From assembly GCA_016788115.1 (NCBI GenBank), contig JAEURR010000007.1, forward strand, positions 152,488 to 216,487: a stretch of 64,000 nucleotides of DNA, in the 5' to 3' direction. This stretch comes from Chthonomonas sp. Lineage in GTDB: Bacteria; Armatimonadota; Fimbriimonadia; Fimbriimonadales; Fimbriimonadaceae. Each line of letters opens with the position of its first letter. Within the stretch, counting starts at the first letter, position 1. Below are positions 34,883 to 46,100 of this stretch, in pieces. Made by a program: the position numbers and the translations under genes. The notes under the pieces are model-generated. The model did no database searches. It saw only the letters and a list, made by a program, of their open reading frames with translations, and was not told the origin of the DNA.

Positions 34883-36463
34883 TTGAGCCAATCCACCGAA
34901 TCGACACGCGCCAACCTCGCCCGAGCGGGAGGCATCATGGTGCTGAGCCTCTTCATGAGCCGCGTGCTCGGTATGGTCCGGGCGATGGTGATCAACTGGC
35001 AGTTCGGCCAGAACGAGCTCACCGACGCCTATCGACTGTCGTTCATGATCCCGGACTTGCTATTTTTCTTGGTGGCGGGCGGCGCGCTCAGTTCGGCATT
35101 CATCCCCGTCTTCAGTGAGTACTACCACACCGACCGGAAGAGCGAGGCTTGGCATGTGTTCAGCGCGGTCGCGACCATCATGTCGGCGGCTGTCCTGGGT
35201 TTCATTGGGCTCGCCTGGGTCTTTGCCCCGCAACTCACCGCGATCATCGCCGCCAAGAACGATCCGGCGCTGTACCCGCTCATCACCCAGATGAGCCGAA
35301 TCGTGCTCCCAGCTCAGTTCGCATTCTTCATCGGCGGACTCATGATGGGGACGCTCTATGCGCGTCAAGTTTTCTCGGTTCCGGGGCTGGCCCCCAACAT
35401 CTACAATATCGGCATCATCCTGGGAGCGGTGATCCTTCCCTATTTCATCGTTCCGGGAGTGGTCGGCATGAGCTGGGGCGCGCTGGTGGGCGCAACGTGC
35501 GGAAGCTTCATCCTCCCGCTGCTTGCCATGCGCAAGTTCGGCATGGAGTTCAAGATCACCTTCGACACCAAGCATCCCGGAGTCCGCAAGGTTTTTCGGC
35601 TCATGGCCCCGGTCGTTTTCGGTCTGTCGCTCAGCACCGTGTTTCCCATGATCATGCAGTACTTCGCGGGTTCGTACGGCAAGAGCATGAACACCGCCTA
35701 CGATACGGCGAACCAGCTGATGCAAGCGCCGCTCGGCATCTTCAGCCAGTCTCTCGCGCTCGCCGTGTTTCCAGCGCTGAGCCAGTACGTCGCCGAGGAC
35801 CACATGAACCTGTACCGGGAGCAACTCATGTCAACCCTTAGGCAGGTGCTGTATCTCACCACCCCGGTTGCGGTCATCATGTTCGCGGTCCCCGACCATT
35901 TGGTCCGCGCGCTCTTTCAACATGGCAAGTTCACCGCTGTCGATACCCAGCGAACCGCGGCTTGCCTGGCGATGTTCGCGATCGGGATAGTCGCTTGGTC
36001 CCTTCAGCCAGTTCTGATGCGGGGGTACTTCGCGATTCACAAATCCGTGACCCCGGTCGTCATCGGTACGATCACCACGGTCTTTTTCTTCAGCGCGTGC
36101 GCTTTGATCACCCAGGCCGGCGCGGGCTATCGCGCACTCCCGCTCGCAGGCAGTCTCAGCGCGTTCCTGCTGGTCGGTGCCCTTCTGGTAACGCTCGCCA
36201 AGACCGTGGGTGGACTCGATCTCGCGGGGCTCGGGGTCACGCTGGCCAAAGCGCTCGCCGCGTCATCGGTATGCGGTCTGCTGCTTGCGGGACTGATGAT
36301 GGGTCTCGGTGAGATTTCCTTTGGCGGCCGCTTTGGCCACATTGGTCTTCTATTCGTCGCGATGTGCGGGTTCGGGTGGCTCTACTACTACATCACCCGC
36401 TCCTTGGCGATGCCCGAATGTGCGTACGTCGAGCGTGCGCTCAAGCGCATACAGCGTTCATAG
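34883..36463 (+). CDS. murJ: Lipid II flippase MurJ
   Basis: Carries SRVLGMVRAMVINWQFG and YRLSFMIPDLLF, with about 14 TM helices. TTG 34883 was proposed, because the track start at 34841 lies inside the trxA terminator. Confidence 0.85.
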   Translation: MSQSTESTRANLARAGGIMVLSLFMSRVLGMVRAMVINWQFGQNELTDAYRLSFMIPDLLFFLVAGGALSSAFIPVFSEYYHTDRKSEAWHVFSAVATIMSAAVLGFIGLAWVFAPQLTAIIAAKNDPALYPLITQMSRIVLPAQFAFFIGGLMMGTLYARQVFSVPGLAPNIYNIGIILGAVILPYFIVPGVVGMSWGALVGATCGSFILPLLAMRKFGMEFKITFDTKHPGVRKVFRLMAPVVFGLSLSTVFPMIMQYFAGSYGKSMNTAYDTANQLMQAPLGIFSQSLALAVFPALSQYVAEDHMNLYREQLMSTLRQVLYLTTPVAVIMFAVPDHLVRALFQHGKFTAVDTQRTAACLAMFAIGIVAWSLQPVLMRGYFAIHKSVTPVVIGTITTVFFFSACALITQAGAGYRALPLAGSLSAFLLVGALLVTLAKTVGGLDLAGLGVTLAKALAASSVCGLLLAGLMMGLGEISFGGRFGHIGLLFVAMCGFGWLYYYITRSLAMPECAYVERALKRIQRS

Positions 36464-36505
36464 ATCAGATTTTTTCGACCGTCGAAAAATAGTCGAGATT
36501 CAAGG

Positions 36506-36533
36506 TTGAGTTCTGCGAAACCTTGTGCATAAT
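36506..36533 (+). promoter_or_regulatory. Candidate sigma70-type promoter for the ArsR-like gene
   Basis: TTGAGT-N16-CATAAT, about 65 nt upstream of ATG 36598. It is preceded by the palindrome TTTTTCGAC-C-GTCGAAAAA (36472-36490). Confidence 0.3.
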
Positions 36534-36597
36534 GCGTCCTAGAGTTAGAGGTCACCTGATCTCTACAACGGGATGCTGGGGCCCGTGGAGCGCACAT

Positions 36598-37215
36598 ATG
36601 AGCAAGACGCCTGTAGGTGAAGTTGAATTTAGTCCGCTGCAGATCACGCATGCGCTCCGGTCCAGTGTTCGCCTTGAAATCCTGATAAGCATGCGATCAG
36701 CTGGCCCGGTGACGGTATCCCAGCTCGCAAAATTGCTTGGTCTCCCGGCCGACTCGCTTTACCACCATATAGGGATCCTGCTGCAAGCTGGACTCATTCA
36801 AGAGGTAGACCGCCGGAAATCGGGGCGGCACATGGAAGCGGTCTACGAGCGGTCCGCCGAAAAGTTCCTCCCTCCAGGTTCAGGCAGCACCGAGAACGTC
36901 AAGAATACGATCTCGATTGTCGACTCGATTATGCGTGCAGTGAGCAAGGGGCTGAAGCGCAGTCTCAGCCGATTTGACCACGGCAGCATCCCGGGAGTCC
37001 GTACGTTCCACTTCGGGTACGAGAGCTCATGGCTGACCGCTGAAGATGTACGGATGCTCGGCGAGCATCTGGGCAAGATCGACGAGATACTGGAGCGAGG
37101 ACGACAAAGACGCGAGGGCATGCTCTTTACGTTCTTCCGTCTCGGCTTCGTGGACATCCGCGAACGCAAGCGCCGCGCCTCGAAGAGCGATCTTGACGAC
37201 GACTCGGACGACTGA
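36598..37215 (+). CDS. ArsR-family winged-helix transcriptional regulator with an acidic/basic C-terminal extension
   Basis: Carries RLEILISMRSAGPVTVSQLAKLLGLPADSLYHHIGILLQAGLI, a wHTH. ATG 36598 was chosen. Confidence 0.7.
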   Translation: MSKTPVGEVEFSPLQITHALRSSVRLEILISMRSAGPVTVSQLAKLLGLPADSLYHHIGILLQAGLIQEVDRRKSGRHMEAVYERSAEKFLPPGSGSTENVKNTISIVDSIMRAVSKGLKRSLSRFDHGSIPGVRTFHFGYESSWLTAEDVRMLGEHLGKIDEILERGRQRREGMLFTFFRLGFVDIRERKRRASKSDLDDDSDD

Positions 37216-37235
37216 GTCGCTGGTACATTGAAGCG

Positions 37236-38339
37236 GTGAAGGTCACTTCTGCCTCCCTCTACGCCGCCCAGATTCCGTTGGGCTCGCCATTCCGTATCGC
37301 AACGATGGTCACCGACCGGGCGGAGGTCACACTGATCAAACTCACGACCGATGAGGGGCTGGTGGGATGGGGTGAAGCGACGCCGCTGCATAGCATCAAT
37401 GGGGAAACCCAAAAGACGGTCTTGGCCGCCTGCGAGGATCTTCTGCCTGTCGTCCTCGGCTCGGACCCGCGTGCTCCGCGACCGGTCGTAGACCTGATGG
37501 AGTACCTGATGCCCAACCAGCACGCGGCCGCAAGCGCCATCGAAATGGCGCTTATGGACCTCGCTTCGCAAGCGGTGGGTCTGCCGCTGGTCCGGTACCT
37601 GGGTGGCGACGCGCGACCGCTACCGACCGACCAGACCATCGGCATCAAGCCTCCCCACGAGGCAGCAAGCGCGGCGACTCGATTTGCGAAGCAGGGTCAC
37701 AAGACGATCAAGGTGAAGGTCGGGTCCACGCTGGACGACGACGTGGACCGGGTCGCCGCCGTTCGCGAGGCGATTGGCAGCGATGTCGCGATTCGGATCG
37801 ATGCCAATCAGGGCTACCGATCGGACGACGCTCTGATGATGCTCATGGCGATCAGCGAACTCGATGTGGAGTTCTGCGAGCAGCCCGTCCCGCGTCATGA
37901 CCACGATGGTCTGGCACGGGTGGCCCAGGGCTCGCCCATCCCGATCATGGCCGACGAATCGGTGTTTTCCCCGACCGATGCGATCGCCCTCATCAAGGCC
38001 GATGCGTGCAATCTCTTCAATGTGAAGCTTAGCAAATCGCGGGGCATCTTGCGCGGCCTCGAAATCGCCGATATCGTCAAGTCGGCCTACGGCTGGTGCA
38101 TGGTGGGGGGCATGATCGAGACTCGCCTCGGGATGACCGCCGCCGCCCACATGGGCGCGGCACGACCGACTTTCCGCTACTTCGATCTGGACAGTTTCAC
38201 GGGCCACACCGAGGACCCCATGCAGGGCGGCGCGATTATTCGCGATGGCGACGTTCTGCTCTCCGACGCGCCGGGCCTTGGGATCGCGCCCGACCCCAAA
38301 TGGGTGAACCCGCTGCACGTCAAGACCCTGAAGCACTGA
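37236..38339 (+). CDS. Dipeptide epimerase (enolase superfamily, L-Ala-D/L-Glu epimerase-like)
   Basis: Carries KVKVG, RIDANQGY, EQP and MADES, the MR/MLE-type metal and catalytic pattern. GTG start. Confidence 0.83.
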   Translation: MKVTSASLYAAQIPLGSPFRIATMVTDRAEVTLIKLTTDEGLVGWGEATPLHSINGETQKTVLAACEDLLPVVLGSDPRAPRPVVDLMEYLMPNQHAAASAIEMALMDLASQAVGLPLVRYLGGDARPLPTDQTIGIKPPHEAASAATRFAKQGHKTIKVKVGSTLDDDVDRVAAVREAIGSDVAIRIDANQGYRSDDALMMLMAISELDVEFCEQPVPRHDHDGLARVAQGSPIPIMADESVFSPTDAIALIKADACNLFNVKLSKSRGILRGLEIADIVKSAYGWCMVGGMIETRLGMTAAAHMGAARPTFRYFDLDSFTGHTEDPMQGGAIIRDGDVLLSDAPGLGIAPDPKWVNPLHVKTLKH

Positions 38340-38372
38340 GCCGCAAACACACGGTTATAATGGGAGACATCC

Positions 38373-40427
38373 ATGAAGCTCCCTGTTTCGATGCTGCGTG
38401 ACCTCGTGACCACCTCGCTCAGTGCCGAGGCCATCGGTGACCTTTTGACCATGGCGGGGTTCGAAGTCGAGGAACTGATCGGAACCGGCGAAGCAGCGGT
38501 CCTAGACCTCAAAGTCATGGCCAACCGCGGGGACGGCCTCTCCGCGCTGGGGCTCGCCCGCGAAGTCCTCGCGAAACAAGCCGACTCCGTGCCGACCGCG
38601 CTGTACAACAACCTCTGTTCCGGGCTCTCACTTGGCGACGAATCTGACCCCGCAGCGAGCGCGCGCGTGACCCTGCGCATCGACTCCGCTAACTGCACGC
38701 GGTACGCCTTTCGGATCTTCGATGACATCGAGAATGGCCCTTCGCCCGAGTGGCTGGTCGAGCGGTTGACCCAAGCAGGCCAGCGATCAATCTCGCTCAT
38801 CGTGGATCTCACCAACTACGTCATGCTTGAGCTGGGTCAGCCGCTGCACGCCTTTGATCTGGACACCTTGATGGGCCCAGGCATCGTCGTTCGGCAAGCA
38901 GGCGCCGGCGAGAAGCTCACGACGCTCAACGGTATTGACCACGATCTGACAACCGATCACCTACTGATTTGCGACACCGAACGAGCCGTGGCGGTCGCCG
39001 GAGTCATGGGCGGCGCAGAGACCGAAGTCGGTCCTGCAACCAAGCGCGTGCTTCTTGAGAGCGCACACTTCGTCAACACAAGCGTCCGCAAGACGCGCAA
39101 GCAACTGGGACTGAATACCGACGCTAGTTACCGCTTCGAGCGCAGCGTCGATCCACTCGGAGTCGTGCGAGCGCTGAACCGATTCGCGCAACTCTACAAC
39201 GAAATCACCGGCAAATCGGCGGTTCCTGGAGTTTCCGATGAGTTCCCTGCTTCACCCACGTCGCGCACAGTTCGCGCGCGACTCTCTCGCAGCAACGAGC
39301 TGCTCGGCATGGACATCCAGCGGGACGAAGCGGAGCGTTACTTGTCTGCGCTTGGGTTCCAGGTCGAAGGGGACGGTGAGCCGTTCGTGGTCGCGGTCCC
39401 TTCTTGGCGCCCCGACATCGAAATCGAAAACGACGTCATCGAAGAGCTGGCACGCGTTCACGGCTACGAACGCATTCCCGAAACCATGCCGACAGGCGCG
39501 ACCACCCGCGGCGGCGTGTTCGGCGTAGCAGCACTCGTCGATGCCGCCCGCGACTCGATGCTGCGTTGTGGTTTCACGCAGATCATGAGCCACAGTCTGC
39601 GCGACAAGCACCCGCTCGACTTCAAAAGGGACCTACGAGTCGGTCCGCGAAACCCACACTCACCGGAGATGGCTTACCTTCGCGATAGTCTGCTGCCGGG
39701 GCTGGCCGAGGCCGCCCAGCGCAACGGTGGCCGGAATCTGCACCTATTTGAAGTCGGGCGTGTGTTCGTACGCGGCGAGTACCAGATCGATGAAAGCCCC
39801 GAGCTCTCGATCCTCTCTACGGGCGCGCTCACGCCCGGCCACTGGCAGGATGGCGAGGGGCCCAGCGCGGATTTCTTTTCTCTCAAGGGCGCAGTCGAGG
39901 AACTTGCTCAGGCGCTTGGGGATCACATCTGGTTCGACTACCCACGCGATCCCGACCCGAGGTTCCATCCGACTCGACAGAGCGGTGTGCTGCTCGACGG
40001 TAATCGGTCATGGGCTGGGACCATTGGACAGATCCACCCCGACATTGCCAGCGACCTAGGGTTGCCCCGCGAGACGTTCCTCGCCGAACTCGACCTTCTT
40101 GTTTTCGCAATTCACGACAACGCCGAGCCCTCGTTACGGGCCATCAGCCGCAACCCGGCGGTCCGGCGCGACATCGCCGTGCTCATTCCCAAGAGCGTGC
40201 CTTATAGCCAGATCGAAAGCTCTGTCGCCGAGGCATGCGGCTCGGACCTTGAGAAGCAGTGGCTGTTCGACGTCTATGAAGGAAAGGGCATCGAGCCCGG
40301 GCACCACTCGCTCGCGATCGCACTACAAATCCGGCGGATGGGCGAAAACCTTACGGACGAAGTCGCGAACGATATCCGGGACCGGGCGGTTCAGGCTTTG
40401 AATCGGCTCGGCGGCGTCCAGCGCTGA
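38373..40427 (+). CDS. pheT: Phenylalanine--tRNA ligase beta subunit (short form lacking the OB-fold tRNA-binding domain)
   Basis: Has B1, B3/4, B5 (TVRARLSRSNELLGMDI) and the C-terminal anticodon-binding FDX-ACB (RDIAVLIP ... LFDVYEG). The segment between EVEEL and LDLKVMANRGD is only about 10 residues. Confidence 0.9.
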   Translation: MKLPVSMLRDLVTTSLSAEAIGDLLTMAGFEVEELIGTGEAAVLDLKVMANRGDGLSALGLAREVLAKQADSVPTALYNNLCSGLSLGDESDPAASARVTLRIDSANCTRYAFRIFDDIENGPSPEWLVERLTQAGQRSISLIVDLTNYVMLELGQPLHAFDLDTLMGPGIVVRQAGAGEKLTTLNGIDHDLTTDHLLICDTERAVAVAGVMGGAETEVGPATKRVLLESAHFVNTSVRKTRKQLGLNTDASYRFERSVDPLGVVRALNRFAQLYNEITGKSAVPGVSDEFPASPTSRTVRARLSRSNELLGMDIQRDEAERYLSALGFQVEGDGEPFVVAVPSWRPDIEIENDVIEELARVHGYERIPETMPTGATTRGGVFGVAALVDAARDSMLRCGFTQIMSHSLRDKHPLDFKRDLRVGPRNPHSPEMAYLRDSLLPGLAEAAQRNGGRNLHLFEVGRVFVRGEYQIDESPELSILSTGALTPGHWQDGEGPSADFFSLKGAVEELAQALGDHIWFDYPRDPDPRFHPTRQSGVLLDGNRSWAGTIGQIHPDIASDLGLPRETFLAELDLLVFAIHDNAEPSLRAISRNPAVRRDIAVLIPKSVPYSQIESSVAEACGSDLEKQWLFDVYEGKGIEPGHHSLAIALQIRRMGENLTDEVANDIRDRAVQALNRLGGVQR

Positions 40428-41656
40428 CTCGCTTTGCGAAGCTCAGCGGCGAGCAGAGCGAGGAACAGCGCCCGGAACCCCATGGGGGCGTAGTGGTAAT
40501 GCTCGAAAGTCTTAAGCCACGCCATCGGCAGGTACACCGCGCACGAGGCGAGGAAGAGGAATAGCAGCAAGAGCTTCTCGGTGGACTGCGCTGCGAAGCG
40601 AACTGAGCCGATGAAGGCAACGACCGAAAGCACCGCGATCCACGGCGCAGCATTGAGCCAGATCACAGGATAGAGGGCGAGGGCCGACTTGATTTCGAGG
40701 ATACTGTGCCAGCACGGAACGAGGTAGCTCGAAAAATCGGTTCCAGAGAAGCCTCCGGTGCGCAGCTGCTGCTGTTGGTAAGCACTCGAACCGTCCGGCA
40801 ATACCGCCGCGCGCAACGCGATGTACCCGATCAGCAACATCCAAGACCCCACCATCGGCATCAGACTCGCCGTCTGCTTGCGCCAGCGACACAGCAAGTA
40901 CGTAGCCAAGAACAGCCCAGGTAGGACTACGGCCTGCTCATAGGACCCGAGCGCGAGCACCAGCGCCACAAGACTCAGACTCCCCCACCACCGGCACTCC
41001 AAACGGCAGGACCTCAAGTACATCGCGAGCGAGGCGAACGCCCAGATGGCCATCATCGACGCCGTTCGCCCGGGGATCCAACCGAGCATGGCAAGTTGCA
41101 GCCCGGTGATGCCGTGCACTTCGTTGTACAGGAACAATGCGACCAGCGCGAGTGCAACAAACTTCCACCCTTTCAGACGGGTGGGTAGCAAAACTCCAAG
41201 CGCAGCCACAGGCGCGACGAGCCACAAATCGGTCGTCGTGTAGTCCCGATGCCAGAGCATGAACAGCAACCCTGCTCCCAGCGATACCGCCGCGCCGAGA
41301 CCCGCCTCCATCCCCAGCCACATCAGAGCCCAAGTTGCGGCCACGCAAAGCATCGCGTTCGTGAGACTCCAGCCGGCCTCGGACTCGCCGTGCACGGCCA
41401 CATCCCACTGGAACGGGAGGGTGGAAACCGGTCGGTAGAAGTGGTTCCCCAGTGGCCAATCGCCAACGAACCACTGCAAAGGACTGGACTGTCCCTCGAT
41501 TCCACGGATGATCGCGCGCGTGTCAGTGTCGGTCAGAAGCGCGTGCGGGGTTGGCCGAGTGAGCACGAAGACGACCGAGGCCACCAGCAGTACCAACCAT
41601 GCCCATGCCGAGCCCCTCACGACTGGATTATGGAACCCATCGGCTCGGAAGAGCAT
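40391..41656 (-). CDS. Polytopic membrane protein (about 10-12 TM; possibly a GT-C/O-antigen-ligase-like fold)
   Basis: Long hydrophobic ORF with no diagnostic motif recognised. Its 3' end overlaps pheT by 37 nt. Confidence 0.55.
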   Translation of the reverse strand: MLFRADGFHNPVVRGSAWAWLVLLVASVVFVLTRPTPHALLTDTDTRAIIRGIEGQSSPLQWFVGDWPLGNHFYRPVSTLPFQWDVAVHGESEAGWSLTNAMLCVAATWALMWLGMEAGLGAAVSLGAGLLFMLWHRDYTTTDLWLVAPVAALGVLLPTRLKGWKFVALALVALFLYNEVHGITGLQLAMLGWIPGRTASMMAIWAFASLAMYLRSCRLECRWWGSLSLVALVLALGSYEQAVVLPGLFLATYLLCRWRKQTASLMPMVGSWMLLIGYIALRAAVLPDGSSAYQQQQLRTGGFSGTDFSSYLVPCWHSILEIKSALALYPVIWLNAAPWIAVLSVVAFIGSVRFAAQSTEKLLLLFLFLASCAVYLPMAWLKTFEHYHYAPMGFRALFLALLAAELRKASQRWTPPSRFKA

Positions 41657-41682
41657 AATAAGGTAAATCGACAGACAACACC

Positions 41683-42180
41683 ATGAAGAAACTCACGCTA
41701 TCCGTCGCCGCGCTCGCTCTCTCCGCCTGCCTCTTTGCCGCTGGACCGCAGCTTCGTCAGCCTCTCCCCGCGTTCAGCATGAAGGATCTGGCAGGCAAGA
41801 CCCACACGAACAAGTCGCTCAAGGGGAAGGTCATCCTTCTCGATTTCTGGGCGACCTGGTGCGGCCCGTGCAAGCAGGCGAGCCCGATGATGCAGCGCCT
41901 GCACACAAAGTACGCCAAGCGCGGGTTGGTGGCCATCGGCGCCAACGCCTTTGAGAAGAGTGAGGACAAGAGCTTTGCCGAAGGATATCGCAAGGAGCAC
42001 AAATACACCTACACGTTTACGTTCGGCAACAGCAAGCTCGCCGACAGCTGGGGGATCACCGGGATTCCCTACTTCGTGCTCGTGGACAAGAAGGGCGTGG
42101 TCCAGTGGATCGGCCGCGGTTTCAATGGAGCGACCATGGAGTCGGAGCTGAGCAAGGCGATCGACGGACTCATCAAGTAA
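41683..42180 (+). CDS. TlpA-family thiol-disulfide oxidoreductase (redoxin)
   Basis: Signal peptide and DFWATWCGPCK. Confidence 0.85.
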   Translation: MKKLTLSVAALALSACLFAAGPQLRQPLPAFSMKDLAGKTHTNKSLKGKVILLDFWATWCGPCKQASPMMQRLHTKYAKRGLVAIGANAFEKSEDKSFAEGYRKEHKYTYTFTFGNSKLADSWGITGIPYFVLVDKKGVVQWIGRGFNGATMESELSKAIDGLIK

Positions 42181-42192
42181 GTCCGCAAGAAC

Positions 42193-42236
42193 GAAAGCGC
42201 CACCGTCCGACTCGTTCGGAGGGTGGCGCTTTTCTA
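42193..42236 (+). terminator. Rho-independent terminator
   Basis: GAAAGCGCCACC-N17-GGTGGCGCTTTTC. Confidence 0.65.
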
Positions 42237-42250
42237 GTGAACCAAGACTT

Positions 42251-42324
42251 TGGCTGCCCGACGTGGATTCGAACCACGATTAACTGATTCAGAGTCAGTC
42301 GTCCTGCCGTTAGACGATCGGGCA
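42251..42324 (-). tRNA. tRNA-Gln (anticodon CUG), CCA encoded
   Basis: Hand-folded cloverleaf: acceptor TGCCCGA/TCGGGCA, D-stem GTCT/GGAC, anticodon stem ACTGA/TCAGT with loop CTCTGAA, T-arm CGTGG-TTCGAAT-CCACG, discriminator G plus CCA. Total 74 nt. Confidence 0.9.
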
Positions 42325-42368
42325 ACTCCGTGACTCGAAAGTATATCACACCCGGCGAATCGGTCGAT

Positions 42369-43100
42369 TCAGTTCGCGCGCTCTACGATCCGGTGCATGA
42401 CCGGGTAAGTGTCATGCGACACCAGTTCGCGGCGATTCCCCCAGTCCCTCCAAACTTGCACCTCGAGTCCGGGCTTGCCCGAGTTGCGCACGCGCGCGCG
42501 ATCCCCTTGCCCGACCTTCCACTCGCCCGGAGCAGACATCGACAAGACGACACTGCGGACTGCCGCCCGCCGGGGCAATGGTTGTGAGGCGACGAGCCCG
42601 ACTACCAGCCGATCCCCTTCGATCTTCGCCCGGATGGTGAGCGGGAAGTCGAAGGGGTTAGCAATCCTCAAGTCGATGTCTTCGTACGCGACCGCAGCAT
42701 CGCGCCCGGGTGCGACGTAGGTGGGGCCGAATTCGTGGCGATGTCGCTCGCGGATCTCTAATCCCGCCTCAAGCGCGGCATTATACAGGGTCGTGCTCGT
42801 CTGACACACCCCGCCGCCCCAACTCGGGAGCAGTTGACCGTTGTAACTCACCGGTGCGAGGACGTACCCCTTGTCGCGCGTCCAGCCCCCGAGCGTCTTA
42901 TTGAAGCTGAACTCCCTGCGGGCGGGGATCACCTTGCCATCTATCGCTCGCGCTGCCAGCCGTGCGTTTCGACTTTGGCCCGGCGTTCGGCCATCGAGCG
43001 AAGTCGCAAACTTGACCACCTCGCGTTCTCCCTGATTGCTCGGATTCCAAGCGACGACTCCGGCCCCCGCGAGTGCCAGCAGAGCCAGCACAGCCTTCAC
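42369..43100 (-). CDS. VanW-domain protein (N-terminal membrane anchor/signal)
   Basis: Carries EFSFNKTLGG and GGGVCQTSTTLYNAALEAGLEIRERHRH, the VanW core. GTG 43100 gives (M)KAVLALLALAGAGVV and overlaps the A2M stop (GTGA). Confidence 0.8.
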   Translation of the reverse strand: MKAVLALLALAGAGVVAWNPSNQGEREVVKFATSLDGRTPGQSRNARLAARAIDGKVIPARREFSFNKTLGGWTRDKGYVLAPVSYNGQLLPSWGGGVCQTSTTLYNAALEAGLEIRERHRHEFGPTYVAPGRDAAVAYEDIDLRIANPFDFPLTIRAKIEGDRLVVGLVASQPLPRRAAVRSVVLSMSAPGEWKVGQGDRARVRNSGKPGLEVQVWRDWGNRRELVSHDTYPVMHRIVERAN

Positions 43101-46100
43101 TCGCTCACCTCGATGCGAACGGCCTGGCTGGAGGCGCGAATCTGCGGCAAGTACATTGGGGACGCATCCACCGGCAACGCGGTCGCCGTACCTGGCGCCT
43201 CGGCGCGGAGATTGAACGAGAACTCCTGTACCCCTTCGTACAGTCGGGTCGCGAAGTACACGACGTGGTCGTCGTGAACCTCCATCGAGGAGTACCACCA
43301 GCTCCACTCATCCAGCATCGGATCTTCGATGGCCTTGAAGTTCGCGGGCACCGGGATGCGGATCATCACGTACGGTAAGCCGCCCTTTGGAACCTGAAGC
43401 TTCACGTTGCATTGAAGCGTGTCACCCGACTTGAAGGACGTCACTGGGTCGCGACTGGGTACCACAGCCCACTGACCCGAGGCCATCCGTTCGGAGTGCA
43501 GGCTGCGGAAAATGCGGCTGACCGAGAACCCCTCGGCACCGGTGATCGCGTCCAGAGTCTTGGTGCGCGCGAATTGCCGCAGCTCAGCGGAATAGTATAA
43601 GACTCCATCTCCGGACTGAACTATTTCGAGCTTGTTCTCACCCGATTTCAGCTTGTCCACCGGGATGGTCACAACTTGAGCGCTTTCGACACCCGATCCA
43701 AAGGTGTGCCCGAGCACCGATTCACCATTGAGCAAGACCGTGGCCACGGCCCCGCCCTGTAGCTCGCGAGTGGTGGTCAAGTACTGGACGAGCCCAACGA
43801 GGATCTGGGCGGTCGCCCGGGTGGATTCCCACTGCGAGCCCTGTCGGGCCGCCAAGATGTACCGGAGCGTCTCCTCGGCCTCGGTGCGACGGTCCGGTGC
43901 CATCGTCAGGAGCTGCAGGATGCGGGTCGTGGTTTCAAGCTCCGAGGTGCCCCAACCGTCCGAAGGCGCACCCCACCACCGGATGCCCTCGGCTGTGCGC
44001 GAGGAAGCGACTAGGCGGTCGATGCCCTGGGTCACATTGCGCCCCCGCATTTGGTCGGCGAGCAGCAGATAGGCTCGGTGCAGGGGCTCCGTGGCGGCCT
44101 TAGCGAGTATCGCGTCATCCTTACCTACCTGTCCAAACAGCGCGCGTGCGTAGGCCAGCTGGCACCGCGGACCAATGTCTGCAGGCTCAAGCCGAGCAGG
44201 AATCGGCAACGACTGGGCGAACTTCATCGCACTCGACAGCATGGAGTCCGGGACGGCAACGCCAGCGGCCCGAGCGCGCCATAGCCCTTCCATCACCAAC
44301 GCGGTCATGCCGATGTCGCTGGAGTCGCTTTCCCACCAGCCCCAACCCCCATCGGAGTGTTGCATGGTCTGCAGTCGGTTCAGGCTTCGCGCCGTGATGC
44401 GAGGGAGCCGCTCCGACCATTCGGCGGTGGGAAGACCCAACTGGCGCGCAGCCCGGTCGGCCACCACGGCTGGCATGAAGCGACTCATAGTCTGCTCGAC
44501 GCATCCGTAAGGATAGTCGATGAGTCCATTCAATCCCGAGAGTAGATCCGCTCCGAGGCTCGGTGCAATCCGAATCTCGAGATTGCCCGCCGTGACCACA
44601 CTGGCTCGATCGAATTTCAGCACGCGTGAACCGGTCTGGACGGATCCGCTCTTGGCGGTAACCGACTCACGACCAAAAGCTGCCACGGGGACAGTCAGGC
44701 GCATCGCATCCGATGCGCCGTTGGACCCGCGGACGATGGCGGTCACTTCGTAGTCGCCCGGCTCGGACGGGGTCGCGATCCAGGTCAACTGTACTGGCTT
44801 GTCGGCCGGGACGGTGACCGACTTTCGGAGTTCGCCTTGAACCTGGAGCTTGCCCGGAACGAGTTCGACGGTCGCATTGGTTGCTGCGCCCAGGCCGTTA
44901 TTGACCATGATGCTGAACCGCACCTCGTCGCCCGCCACCAGGTACCCCGGAGGCGACAGCCGCACCATGAGGTCTTTCTTGACAATGGCTTCGCCGCGAC
45001 CGACGCCGCACAGAGTCGAGTCGGTGATCGCGGTCGCCGTTGCGCGCCAAGCGGTGAGGTTGTCTGGGAGAGGGACGGTCACGCTCGCCGTGCCATCCGC
45101 CCCGGTAGTCACCATCGGGTTCCAAGCGGCGGTATCTCGGAAATCGGTCCGGATATCCACGTTGGCACCGCCCTTATCTCCACCGTCCAGATACAACTGA
45201 ACGAGCGAATCGCTGGTGCTCACATCGTTCCACTCAAACGGATACAGTTCACGGGCAGGATCGGAGTTGTCTTCGCGCACCGCGTAGATCGCTTCATCGA
45301 CCACGGATAGGCTGACGTCTGCCGCGACCGGTGCGCCCGAGGCGTCAAGCGTCGTGATCTTGAAGGTCGCCGATTCGCCTGGCTTGTACTTATCCCTGTC
45401 CGCTTTGACTAGGACTTTGAGCTGCTTGGGAGTGCGGAGCACCGTCACCCGTTTGGAGGCGGTCAGCAGCTTCTTGTGATGGATGTAGCTCACCAAGACG
45501 TCGGCGTTCGGGATCAGATTGTCGGGCAGCTTGAAAGTCACTCCATTCGCCGAACTGGTGAGCGGAACGACTTTGCTGAAGTAAATCTTGTCCCGCTCGA
45601 CCGTGACGAGCGCTGAACCACCCGCGTGTCTGGTCTTCACGAGCGCGGTGACCGTCGCCCCTGGCAGGTACGTTTTTTGATCGAGGCTGATCGAAAGATC
45701 GGTATCCGGCCCGGCGTCGTACTGATCGCCGTCTTGCCAGACGTCCACATAGCGCTCAGCGCGGACGGTGTTACCGCGCGCATCGACCACGGACGCCCGC
45801 ACCGAGAATGTGCCGACGCGATCGGCGCGCAGGGCGGTTCGCACGGTGCCATCCACGCCGGTTTTGAGCGAGACCTTGCCCGTCGGTTCGAATGTGGCGG
45901 CGCGCTTCTGCCAGCGCTCGTAGCCAACGACGACCTCGACGGGTGTGTTCGCGGGCGCAGGCTTCCCATCTTGGTCCAGAACTTCGTACTCGACTCCCAC
46001 GGACTCGCCCGGCTTCATCAGCCAGCGATCGGTGCTCGCCCGAAGCTGCAGCAGTCCTCGCCGAACCTCGGCCTTGCCAGAGGCGGTGAAGTACTTGTCG

